Shown here: piece by piece, positions 12,523 to 24,228 of the stretch
Layout: each line of letters starts with the position of its first letter
How positions within the stretch are numbered: position 1 is the first letter of the stretch
Assembly (NCBI RefSeq): GCF_001194135.2
Contig: NC_068982.1
Location: 2,533,625 to 2,568,708 of the forward strand
Direction: 5' to 3'
From: Octopus bimaculoides
Taxonomy: Eukaryota
DNA length: 35,084 bases
Position numbers and translations under genes: made by a program
Notes under the pieces: model-generated
What the model saw: the letters and a program-made list of their open reading frames with translations, nothing else
Told to the model about the DNA's origin: nothing
Database searches by the model: none

Positions 12523-13826
12523 CTGTGTATCTGAAAGGAGTGTCAATGGAAAAGAGAAGGAAAGAAAGAAGAAAGGAAGGAGGAAGATGAAATTATGTTT
12601 ACATCAATACAGCTGGTTAGTTCAAAATATTTTTTCCATAAAAGGAAGGATACAAATATGAAAACCAAGGTAACCAGGTTCAATTCCAGTTGGCACCAAA
12701 ATGTCCCACTATCTGGGTTTCTTGTCTTTTTTAGGTTCTGTTGTTCCAAAGTTGAATAAAGATTAATAATAATGAAATATTGTGATGAATGAATGAGTGA
12801 GGTATTTAAATATTGGTAAGTTCATTTTTTCATAGGCATGGATCAAAAATAAATATAAAATAGCATTTCTGTAGTCATTTACCAATATAAATTGGCAAAT
12901 GGTGTCATTGTTTTAGATACTGAAATAACAAGTTCTAAAATAGTTTTGAATCACTTTTAGGATCAAATCCGTTATGGAATAAAAATACAAATAAATATGA
13001 TTACAGACAAATTATTTCATTTGAATATTTCTTTTGAAAAACATAGCTCCAAAATCCTTCTGAGCTCAGTTAGGTATCAGAGAATATTTGTCCGAAATCT
13101 TGTGTGTCTCCCAATAAAATCATCAATGTCATCATATACGTTTGCACAGTATAATGTTTCTAGCACTGATAATTGGGAAATAAAGTCAAACACACAGTGA
13201 CATTCTTCTTTAGAAGGAACAACGTTATTGATTAAAATGTGTTCTGCACATTCCGTTGGTCTTTTATTTCTGTTATCTGTTCATCAGTTAATACTTTCTT
13301 CAGGCTGGAAAGATACTAGAGAAATTGAATGAGACAACTTGCGTACAAGTTATACATAATGTTTAATCATGCAGCAGAACTATAGTTTCCTACAAAGTTC
13401 ATGTTTTCATTCTACGGTACAAAATTTGGCTGTATTATTGCAAGTGATGCTAGTATTACAATTCTGATTTTAAATAACACTTCATATATTTTCTGTACAA
13501 CGTGAGCGCATTTTGTCAATATCCAAATATTAATTCTCATACTATTATTATTCCTCTAGAGTTGAGTTACGTAGGACGTATGACGGTTGGAACACTTCTC
13601 TTCATTTCATATTTTCGAACAAAATAATTTAAGAGAACTGATTTATTTTATTGCTAAATGGTGCAGCTTAACTTTATTTTCATCTGACTTTACTTTCATT
13701 CATCTCGAGTGACTTCCATTAACCCATTTCATTATGAACAGCATTTCACTCATCCCCTGAACGATCCTCTTCTTTCATAATGATGTCAGGTGGATACTGG
13801 TGAGTATTGATTGTCTTATCGCGTTC

Positions 13827-13893
13827 ATTTGAATACTTTAAGAATAAAACTGGAGTATATTTTACTCCAGTTCTATTCTCAAAGTATTTAAAT
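13827..13893. repeat. 67-nt imperfect palindrome (31-bp arms, 5-nt loop)
   Basis: 13827-13857 pairs with 13863-13893 at 28 of 31 positions by Watson-Crick rules, checked base by base. Confidence 0.9.
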
Positions 13894-14723
13894 TGTGATT
13901 ATTTTGTTCATATCGCTTATTTGCTTATACCTTATACCATTATTCCTTATGAATTCGGCAAATAAAGCTGCTACATCTACAGCTTTTAGATACAAAATAT
14001 AGTACAATATTTTATAGTCAGCTGTAGTATGGAACAAAGGACTGTACTATAGCAGTATCATCTGAAGATATATACGTCTTGAATGAGTGTTACTGAAGTC
14101 GGGCATTTCCTGATCTGCCTGCTTTCTTAAAAAAACTAGAATTACATTGTGAATGTTAGTCTTTAAGCATCAATAATAAGTTATTTGACAAGTAGTTTCA
14201 GCCGTTTCGTTCAGCGAGTGCCTACGTGACGGTTGCTTCGTGTCTGTACTTGCATGTATCTCAAAGAGTTACAAACAACAATAATTTTTAAAATGCTTGT
14301 ATTTTGGTTAGTATTTTATGGAGTGGCTAGATATTTTTTCGTGCTGTAACATCGGGGGAGAAATGAGGAGACATATAACAAGGTCAAAACAATGTTGTGT
14401 CTCGGAGACGACCGACAGAGATGAGCAGGTGAACCAAAAGTGTCAAATGTTATGAAAATGCATAAAGTAAAAAGTAGTGATGTCGTCTGTTGGTGAAAAT
14501 AACAGTGATCAAATATTCACCATGGTATCTGCCCGAGTGTTTTTAGAATTGTTCAGAATATATCATGTTAATATTTTGCACATGTAAATAATGTTTTTCT
14601 TCTGATTTATGAGTGCAAGGAGAAGTCTGATTTCTAGGTTTGTTAGACCGAATTATATGAATGGTGGTAAAATTAAGCTTATGACTCTTCTTCGTCTGAG
14701 AGTACGAAGTCGAAGGTGTTATT

Positions 14724-14876
14724 TATTTCTTTATTACCCGCAGGAAGTTAAACATAGTGGGGACAAACAAGGACAAACAAAGGAATTAAGTCGATTACAA
14801 CGACCCCAGTGCGTTAGTGGTGCTTATTACTTAATCGACCCCGAACGGATGAAAGTCAAAGTCGATCTCGACGGAA
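14724..14876 (-). mobile_element. 5'-truncated tRNA-derived SINE, tail variant 1
   Basis: Tail and core match 9073-9305. The head is missing. Confidence 0.85.
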
Positions 14877-15840
14877 AAAGCGAATGTGATATTACCACTT
14901 TAATCTGGGATAAAAAAATAATAAAAGAATCCAAGTGAAGGTGAGGTTGTTCGGAAAGAGGAAATGGTGGGGAATTGTAAGTTATGGTTGGGTTGAATGG
15001 CCGACATGTGTGATGTAAGGTAATGAGCGGAACGGTAGTAAGTGAAAGCATGGAGGGGAGAATTTCATGTGAGGCAGACAAAAGAGTATTTTAAGTAAGG
15101 GGTCAGTGACGTGTACAGGAGAGTAAAATGAAACATATTCATAACGATATTGAAACTATTTGTAAATCTTCTGTAAAATATTGTTTATGTTGCTTAACAT
15201 TTCATAGAAATGGAGTAAAATAAATAACGTAATAATTATACTGATATAAAAAAAGAAATTGAAAACATTTGGATTAATGTCTCTTTCCTCGTAAGCTTCA
15301 GCCTTTGTGCTTCCATTTCTGTTTTTAATTAGAACTTATAAAGTCCTAATTTACTGCTTTCTTGAAGTTTAAGCAGGAAAGAAATTTAGAAAATAATTGA
15401 CCAAATGCGAAGCAAGGAATTCGATCTCTTGTTTCTATTGTAATATTTTAAGCAATACATTTCTAACATTACAGTTTTTTTTTTTCAAATACATTTCTAA
15501 CATGTGATAACCAACAATCACGTGGATATGGAATAGAACGTACAAAATAATTTTGAAGAATTGAGTTAATTCCAATTTTAGTGTAATTTCCATCAGTCGC
15601 ATTTCCGTTCACTTTTTCTGGCAAAAGATATCCACTGAGGATAATGAAACTTTGCATTAAAGGTAACTGTTATATATATANNNNNNNNNNNNNNNNNNNN
15701 NNNNNNNNNNNNNNNNNNNNNNNNNNNNNNNNNNNNNNNNNNNNNNNNNNNNNNNNNNNNNNNNNNNNNNNNNNNNNNNNNNNNNNNNNNNNNNNNNNNN
15801 NNNNNNNNNNNNNNNNNNNNNNNNNNNNNNNNNNNNNNNN

Positions 15841-15880
<40 letters not shown>

Positions 15881-15881
15881 T

Positions 15882-15917
<36 letters not shown>

Positions 15918-16019
15918 ATGCGTATAATTATATATGTATGTGTGTGTGTACATATTACATGTCACGTAGAAATGTCTGTGTACGTGTATGGGTGTATGTA
16001 TATATATATATAGAGAGAG

Positions 16020-16064
<45 letters not shown>

Positions 16065-16120
16065 TTTATACGTATGTATGTACTCACACGTAAACACACA
16101 CACACACACACACAAGCACG
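15841..16120. repeat. Compound (TG)n/(GATA)n/(CA)n microsatellites
   Basis: Read directly. Confidence 0.95.
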
Positions 16121-17444
16121 TGTTCATGCATATACGTATACATGTGCTTGTTTCATGTGTGAGTATAGTGATAATGGCAATTTCAATGTAGCTGAAAATT
16201 TAATTACAATGGAGCAGCAGGGGTATCGTTAATAGTTATTTTAGTATACTTTTCCCGTTTAGCATTTCCGTGTTGGATTTTATTCGAATACTATGTCTCT
16301 ATTTTAGCGTGTACATAAAATGTATGCCCATTTCAAAGTTACAGGATAATTGACCCGAACACAATGAATGAAATAGCTTCCCTATCTCCATCTTTAAATC
16401 ATCGGAGTTTTGTTTTTGTTTTTTAGATAAGCACCATCTGTGTATGTAGCTAAAGTTTTCTCGAATGAATCTGTCCTTCGTCTTGGATATCATATTAGAT
16501 GATACTGTTTCAACTGTCTGTTTATATCTCCATGGTATTTCAAAAGAATTCTACTTACACGTGCTACTATAATCTGGGGTACCCTCAAAATATGCATTGT
16601 TAACATGAAAAGTCCGAGAGCAAATGAAACGAAGGTCAATTAATAATAGAACCTAAAGATTGAACTAAACGACCGCATGTAATCTCTAACAAAAACAAAC
16701 AAAACTTAGTATCTATATCTGCCATGTCAGTCAGCATGTTCCAATCATCCCAAAACTAGTGAATCAGGCTGCAGTAGATATAGTAGATGTTAAATATAAA
16801 GGTATCTGAGTGATTTTCTTTACCACTGCAATCCTACAGAGCATGAATCTCTGAACTGCATCATTTATTAATTGCAGAAATAATTACCAGCTCTACAATT
16901 CTGCGTTATCGTTTTCCCTATCATGTTAGTTTATTACAACTATCGCGGAGTTTGGCATTTGCAAGTGTCAGTTACTTGTTTTAGTACGATTAGTACAGAA
17001 TCGCATCAAAATACTTTTTTCCCTATTAAAATAATTGTGTCATTAAAAATATTTCTGAGCTATTTCATTAAAACCACCAAAGAGTTTCCATTACAACCAA
17101 CATTAAGCTGTTCCATCGCATCCACCACAGAGCTTTGTCATTAAAGAAAATCATCGATTCCAGTCGCTACAAAACTTCTAATCGCACATAGCATTCAAGA
17201 CTGAGTTGCTTCTTTACAAGTATTATATGTGGAATAACAGAATTTACAATCACTTCTAGTGATTTGTATAATATTTATGGCATCATACTGGGATAAACTC
17301 CTGTGTGTGGAGATGAATAGAATTTATAGAAACATGACTATTGTGGTTCGTCAGCCGGAAATAAATGAAAGAAATTTCAGTTTATCTGGATTATATATAA
17401 AAACTATAATTCACGTGATTTCAACATTCAGTTAAAATTTCAAA

Positions 17445-17500
17445 GAATTCTAATCTATTTTATTCGTGTGGAGAATTCTAATCTATTTTATTCGCGTGGA
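17445..17500. repeat. 28-bp tandem duplication
   Basis: gaattctaatctattttattcg(t/c)gtgga twice, 27/28 identical. Confidence 0.92.
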
Positions 17501-17646
17501 AACTCCGAAGTGCGTCAAAGAGTACATTAGCTGTAATGGTAGCAAATAAATTAATATTTATTATTATAATTTTAATTACAATGCAGAAGAGACACTCAGA
17601 CACACATAGAGATATGCATGTATCAATCGCACAACATTACATTTCT

Positions 17647-17650
<4 letters not shown>

Positions 17651-17702
<52 letters not shown>
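17651..17702. repeat. (GA)n microsatellite
   Basis: Read directly. Confidence 0.98.
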
Positions 17703-17707
<5 letters not shown>

Positions 17708-17862
17708 CGAGCGAGTGCAACAACGGGAGATGGAGAGCTTACACAAAAAACTGAGAGTATAAACTATTTTAACCATTGAGTGAGCGGTTTACATTAGCAC
17801 TAGCTTCTGGCAATTAGCAATTCCAAAATATGTGGAATATCCAAAATCCAACACAGTATATA

Positions 17863-18195
17863 CGAGGGTGAGTCAAAAAGTAATGACAGGTATAATTACC
17901 AAGACAGGAACATGTATCATACATCAAAATGAAGCTGGTCCTCTGTGGATCAATTACCTACTTCTCAACATAATCATTGTTTCTCTTCGAATGAGAGCAC
18001 GTATCCCTGCCCCGTAAAATTCTGTTGACTGTTTTTGAGCCACTTCTTCACAACAGGTTTCACTTCCTCGTCACTGGAATAATGTTTGCCTCTCAAACCC
18101 TTTTTCATGAGGCCGAAGAGATGATATTCTGAAGGCACTAAATTATTCCAGTGACAAGGAAGTGAAAACTGTAGTGAAGTAGTGGCTCAAAGAAC
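17863..18195 (-). mobile_element. Mariner-derived non-autonomous fragment with internal inverted duplication
   Basis: TA|CGAGGGTGAGTCAAAAAGT terminus at 17861. Minus strand encodes HLFGLMKKGLRGKHYSSDEEVKPVVKKWLK, a mariner transposase C-terminus (cf. HLF..LK..LRG..F.SDEEVK..V..WL). 50-bp inverted arms. Confidence 0.82.
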
Positions 18196-18368
18196 CTATA
18201 ATAAATATAATCTTATAGATCGTGTACAATAGTTGAATTATGTGACCTAAAATACATTTCAGTGCATGTTTACACACGAAATCATAATTGTGTAGTAAGA
18301 AAGGTTTCCATACACATTGTTATACAAATAACAATAGTGTTACATATATGTATGTATGTATATGTATG

Positions 18369-18404
<36 letters not shown>

Positions 18405-19310
18405 NNNNNNNNNNNNNNNNNNNNNNNNNNNNNNNNNNNNNNNNNNNNNNNNNNNNNNNNNNNNNNNNNNNNNNNNNNNNNNNNNNNNNNNNNNNNNNNN
18501 NNNNNNNNNNNNNNNNNNNNNNNNNNNNNNNNNNNNNNNNNNNNNNNNNNNNNNNNNNNNNNNNNNNNNNNNNNNNNNNNNNNNNNNNNNNNNNNNNNNN
18601 NNNNNNNNNNNNNNNNNNNNNNNNNNNNNNNNNNNNNNNNNNNNNNNNNNNNNNNNNNNNNNNNNNNNNNNNNNNNNNNNNNNNNNNNNNNNNNNNNNNN
18701 NNNNNNNNNNNNNNNNNNNNNNNNNNNNNNNNNNNNNNNNNNNNNNNNNNNNNNNNNNNNNNNNNNNNNNNNNNNNNNNNNNNNNNNNNNNNNNNNNNNN
18801 NNNNNNNNNNNNNNNNNNNNNNNNNNNNNNNNNNNNNNNNNNNNNNNNNNNNNNNNNNNNNNNNNNNNNNNNNNNNNNNNNNNNNNNNNNNNNNNNNNNN
18901 NNNNNNNNNNNNNNNNNNNNNNNNNNNNNNNNNNNNNNNNNNNNNNNNNNNNNNNNNNNNNNNNNNNNNNNNNNNNNNNNNNNNNNNNNNNNNNNNNNNN
19001 NNNNNNNNNNNNNNNNNNNNNNNNNNNNNNNNNNNNNNNNNNNNNNNNNNNNNNNNNNNNNNNNNNNNNNNNNNNNNNNNNNNNNNNNNNNNNNNNNNNN
19101 NNNNNNNNNNNNNNNNNNNNNNNNNNNNNNNNNNNNNNNNNNNNNNNNNNNNNNNNNNNNNNNNNNNNNNNNNNNNNNNNNNNNNNNNNNNNNNNNNNNN
19201 NNNNNNNNNNNNNNNNNNNNNNNNNNNNNNNNNNNNNNNNNNNNNNNNNNNNNNNNNNNNNNNNNNNNNNNNNNNNNNNNNNNNNNNNNNNNNNNNNNNN
19301 NNNNNNNNNN

Positions 19311-19381
<71 letters not shown>

Positions 19382-19538
19382 TCTATATATCTATGTATAT
19401 ATATATATGTATGTATATTACATACATATAAGAGGGATGACCACTAAGTGGACATCCATTTTGCTAGAAGTAGACCACCTATGGTCTGACCACTAAGAAA
19501 ATATTGTTCTCTTGAGAACAATCTTTTCTTTTCTTAAT

Positions 19539-20583
19539 GGTACTGTGTTGGGCCCACTCCTCTTCATTATTTACACCCACGACATAGTAGATGTCATCAA
19601 ACATTCTACATTGAAAATCTTTGCAGATGATTCCAAGCTTCAGAGAGCCATGAACGGTATAGAAGACCGAACATGCCTTCAGTCGGATCTGATTGCTGTT
19701 GTCCATTGGGCGGAAAAAAACACAATATGCTTCTAAATGAAGACAAGTTTGATTTGATCCACTTAGGAAAAAAGGATTCTCTGAAACTACCATATGCTCT
19801 TCCCTCGGGTGACTCCCTAGTGTCATACAACAACATCAGAGGCCTTGGAGTAATTGTTGATAACTATCTAAGCTGGAGTTCCCACGTAAACAGCAAGGTG
19901 GGCTTGGCCCGCAAGATGTGCTCCTCGATTCTAAGAACTTTCCAGTCTAGAGACGCCTAAACCATTATCCTTTTCTTCTCTTCTTTTGCCCGACCCCACC
20001 TTGAATACTGTCGCCCACGGTGGTCACCCCATACGAAGCAACTCATTATGAAAGTGGAAGCACTCCAGAGGCCCATAACAAGAAAGATAGACGGCATGAG
20101 AGGCATTGATTATTGGGGTCGACTAAAATCACTCAATCTCTACTCACTCCAACGCAAACGAGAGCGCTACATTATTTGTGTTATGGGGAAAATATTCCAT
20201 CAATATTACACAAACCATGTTGGCTTTAATTTTAAAATCCTCTCATGACTTCGCCTTCATGCTATCCGCCCACTTCAAAAATCGAACTCAGGACACCTAG
20301 CAACATTACGTCACAACTACTTTGCCTCAACCAGCCCAACTCTCTTTAATACCAAACCAAAATACGTCAAACAGGAAACAGATCCCATAAAATTCAAAAG
20401 TTTACTGGACAAATTTCTTCAAAAGATCCCGGAACAACCTCCTACACCTGGATATGTCTCCAACAATAATAACTGTTTGCTAGAGTGGGCCATGGTGTCC
20501 CATATATGACTAACAGACTTCACCAGGTGGTGCTATCAAGTTAGACATGGCCTGCACCTATAAAGGACGAAACCTATCAGAGT
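19539..20583 (+). mobile_element. 5'-truncated CR1-type LINE (RT C-terminal half plus 3' UTR), pseudogenised
   Basis: GTVLGPLLFIIYTHDI...IFADDSKL (RT core), then RPHLEYC...WSPH, KVEALQRPITRKIDGMRGIDYWGRLKSLNLYSLQRKRERY, typical of the CR1/L2-group ORF2 C-terminus. Several frameshifts. Confidence 0.92.
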
Positions 20584-20620
20584 TATATATATACATATCT
20601 ATCTATCTATCTATCTATCT

Positions 20621-20674
<54 letters not shown>
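20584..20674. repeat. Compound (TATC)n(TC)n(TA)n microsatellite at the LINE 3' end
   Basis: Read directly. Confidence 0.95.
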
Positions 20675-22821
20675 NNNNNNNNNNNNNNNNNNNNNNNNNN
20701 NNNNNNNNNNNNNNNNNNNNNNNNNNNNNNNTATATAAAGCGAGAGAGAGAGGAGAGGGTGATAACAGCTAATTAGACAAGCATAAAGCTTTGAAGACGT
20801 ATCTTTATCTAATCAATTCTTTTGAACTAATTAGATATTAGTTGGGACATTGACCAAGCACTCTAAGGTCAATAGCTCAAACAAATGAATCACTGAATGC
20901 AAACATCTTGTTGTTTCTACAGAAACTTGTCCCTTAGCTTCGTCAAATTTTTGTGTGAAGCCGTTCTATAAGCAGTAGTTAGCGGAGAACAAACAGTTAA
21001 ATATGGAGTCACGTGAGCATTCAATGTGAAAGAAACCAAAGGATTTTTTTCTTTAGAACCAAATATATTCTGTGTAATTGAGAGTTTGGAATTGCTTCTA
21101 TACTGAGTTGGTCGAAATGAAATTGTAAAATAATTTTTAGTAGCTGTTTCTGCTTCTCATTCTCTCTGACTCGCTTGTTATCCTTCTCTATCTTCCTCTC
21201 TCAATATGTGTGTGTGTGTTTGTGTATGTGCTTGCTTCATGGTGTGTATGGACCAAAACTTGTGTGTATAATAGTATCAATTAGCGAATGTAAAACACAT
21301 GCGCGTGCACACATACACAGACACACACATAGACACTCACACATACATATATACATAAATACATATATACATATATACACACACATTTATATGTTATATT
21401 CTATTATATAGTATTTACTATATAATTGCAGTGTATAACAACGTCCCTATAATATATGCTATTGTCAAACATTTTTCCAATCGAACATTTTTTGAATCGT
21501 GATCAGAAACAAGCAATATGTTACAAAGAAGCCCAGCAATGTGCTTTTTTTCTTTTTGTTATCTACTTCATCCATATATTCCATATGATACGTACTTTTT
21601 CCTTGTATAATAACGATTTCATCGTCACCATTATTGTTCTCTATTTGTATTCATATCATTCTGTATTGCACATACATTTTCAATTTCTCTATCTTCAATG
21701 ATTTGACCAAGTAGTGCTTTTCTGTCGTACTAAAGCCATCACCTTACTCTTTGAATTTCAAATCAGAATATTGTGCTCGCATATCAATGCAAACAGATTA
21801 TCTGCATGGCAGTCAGCTATGTATAAAATAACTGGGGCATTGATGGGATCACTGGTTTTCTCACATGGAAACTTTGCGCGGTCAGTAACAAGATTAACCT
21901 GTTATATATAGATATTGATGAGAAAGCCATTTCCTAGGCAGATTGCGAGGAAGTATGTCTTTATTACGATGAAAATTATCTTTATATCTGTCAAACGCAC
22001 AATACGATCGTCATCTTCATCGTTCTTTCGTCGCCTTGCTACATAAATAGCTTGATTAAAAACTACAGAATAATAACAATCCATCTTAATACTTGCACAT
22101 AATATATTGACGGGAGCATCCATGAATCGGGAAAGAACTATTCATTTTATGACAGTCAATTTACTTAGGTTTTGAGAAGTGAAATGATTTTAATCTTAAA
22201 ATATCCAGGGGCAAGCGCCGTGAGCTGACACGAAATATGTAATCACATTAACGTTATGTGTCGAAGTTGTTTGTGCAGTATTAAAGAGGCGTGTCAAAAA
22301 CAGTACTAATAAAAATTTAGTTTTATAACTGTAACAGTTGCGCTCTAAGTTTTCAATAAATTTATGCGTGTTTTAACAGCACTTAGATTTATGTGAAATA
22401 TTTTCATTTTAACTGTATATCTTATGTTCATATGTGACGCCAATTCTTTTATATTCTTGAGATCTGTTTCCTGTCCTAACTTATTAATTCGTGTAATTTT
22501 CCAGAATATGTTATTTGTCATTTTGTGGCGTGGTATGTTGTTTGAGATGCCTGGTTTTTATTATACTGCCGTGTGCCTTCTGCGAAAAATGTGTATTATG
22601 GAAGCTGTTGGTGGTATGACAGATGCGTATGCAATATAATCTTATAGTGGCATGATAGTGTAGAGTGAATGTTATGTGTTTCAGTTATTGATATTAAATC
22701 TCCGTTTATTCTCGATCGAATTACTGTGTTGTGATTACTTGTCAAGGATGGCGTATGGTAAACGTTCTGTAAAATAAATAGACTTAAGGCATACTAGTAC
22801 TGAAGCGGTTCCAATTTAGTA

Positions 22822-22874
22822 GTAATCCTGCAAAGGGTATATATAGTACTCAGCCGAAACATATGTCGGATTGT
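22822..22874 (+). ncRNA. Degenerate minimal type I hammerhead-like motif
   Basis: Helix I AATCC/GGATT (22824-28/22868-72), GAAAC-ATAT-GTC with palindromic ACATATGT, GUC site. The 5' core is mutated (CTGCAAA). Confidence 0.45.
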
Positions 22875-22926
22875 TAAGAGCGCGGGCTTCTGACCCGAAG
22901 ATTCCAAGTTATATTCCAGGCAGTGA

Positions 22927-22930
<4 letters not shown>
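22873..22930 (+). mobile_element. tRNA-Arg(UCU)-like SINE head, A-box clipped
   Basis: Anticodon arm CGGG-CTTCTGA-CCCG (22883-22897), preceded by AGCGCG and followed by a decayed T-arm/B-box AAGTTATATTCCAGGCAG. It runs into (AAT)n. Confidence 0.65.

Positions 22931-22998
<68 letters not shown>
22931..22998. repeat. (AAT)n microsatellite, left half of the R4/Dong target
   Basis: Pure AAT run ending at an N-gap. Confidence 0.98.
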
Positions 22999-23879
22999 NN
23001 NNNNNNNNNNNNNNNNNNNNNNNNNNNNNNNNNNNNNNNNNNNNNNNNNNNNNNNNNNNNNNNNNNNNNNNNNNNNNNNNNNNNNNNNNNNNNNNNNNNN
23101 NNNNNNNNNNNNNNNNNNNNNNNNNNNNNNNNNNNNNNNNNNNNNNNNNNNNNNNNNNNNNNNNNNNNNNNNNNNNNNNNNNNNNNNNNNNNNNNNNNNN
23201 NNNNNNNNNNNNNNNNNNNNNNNNNNNNNNNNNNNNNNNNNNNNNNNNNNNNNNNNNNNNNNNNNNNNNNNNNNNNNNNNNNNNNNNNNNNNNNNNNNNN
23301 NNNNNNNNNNNNNNNNNNNNNNNNNNNNNNNNNNNNNNNNNNNNNNNNNNNNNNNNNNNNNNNNNNNNNNNNNNNNNNNNNNNNNNNNNNNNNNNNNNNN
23401 NNNNNNNNNNNNNNNNNNNNNNNNNNNNNNNNNNNNNNNNNNNNNNNNNNNNNNNNNNNNNNNNNNNNNNNNNNNNNNNNNNNNNNNNNNNNNNNNNNNN
23501 NNNNNNNNNNNNNNNNNNNNNNNNNNNNNNNNNNNNNNNNNNNNNNNNNNNNNNNNNNNNNNNNNNNNNNNNNNNNNNNNNNNNNNNNNNNNNNNNNNNN
23601 NNNNNNNNNNNNNNNNNNNNNNNNNNNNNNNNNNNNNNNNNNNNNNNNNNNNNNNNNNNNNNNNNNNNNNNNNNNNNNNNNNNNNNNNNNNNNNNNNNNN
23701 NNNNNNNNNNNNNNNNNNNNNNNNNNNNNNNNNNNNNNNNNNNNNNNNNNNNNNNNNNNNNNNNNNNNNNNNNNNNNNNNNNNNNNNNNNNNNNNNNNNN
23801 NNNNNNNNNNNNNNNNNNNNNNNNNNNNNNNNNNNNNNNNNNNNNNNNNNNNNNNNNNNNNNNNNNNNNNNNNNNNNNN

Positions 23880-24121
23880 TATCATAGTAGGTGCCTTAGG
23901 TATAATAAAAAAATATTCAGACAAATACATAACAAAAACACCAGGACTTACAAATATATATAACATACAGAAAATTGCACTACTGGGTACTGCACACATT
24001 CTACGCAAAACACTTTCAATACAGTAAACATAAGAGCACCACAGCAAACCACAGCACATACCCAAGGCGCACAGAGCTGCGCTCGGTAGTGAAGTGAAAG
24101 CACGTTATAAAAATAAAACTA

Positions 24122-24124
<3 letters not shown>
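23880..24124 (+). mobile_element. 3' end of an R4/Dong-clade (restriction-like endonuclease) non-LTR retrotransposon
   Basis: Open frame 23881-24027, IIVGALGIIKKYSDKYITKTPGLTNIYNIQKIALLGTAHILRKTLSIQ*, matches the R4/Dong RLE C-terminus (VIGALG...IQK.ALLGT..ILRK.L). A ~97-nt 3' UTR and (AAT)n follow. Confidence 0.85.
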
Positions 24125-24189
<65 letters not shown>

Positions 24190-24228
24190 TAATAATAATA
24201 ATAACAATAATAAAATAATAATAATAAT
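24125..24228. repeat. (AAT)n microsatellite, right half
   Basis: AAT run with a few AAC interruptions. Confidence 0.97.

Noticed and set aside
13550-14130. Possible RTE-type LINE 3' remnant on minus
   Set aside because: Only vague motif echoes and a short (TAA) end. Too decayed to call.
17445-17500. CRISPR-like repeat
   Set aside because: Only two adjacent units with no spacer, in a eukaryotic context. It is a simple tandem duplication.
20905-21018. Candidate exon with acceptor ttgtttctacag and donor CAC|gtgagc
   Set aside because: All three frames contain stops before the donor. It cannot be supported without RNA-seq.
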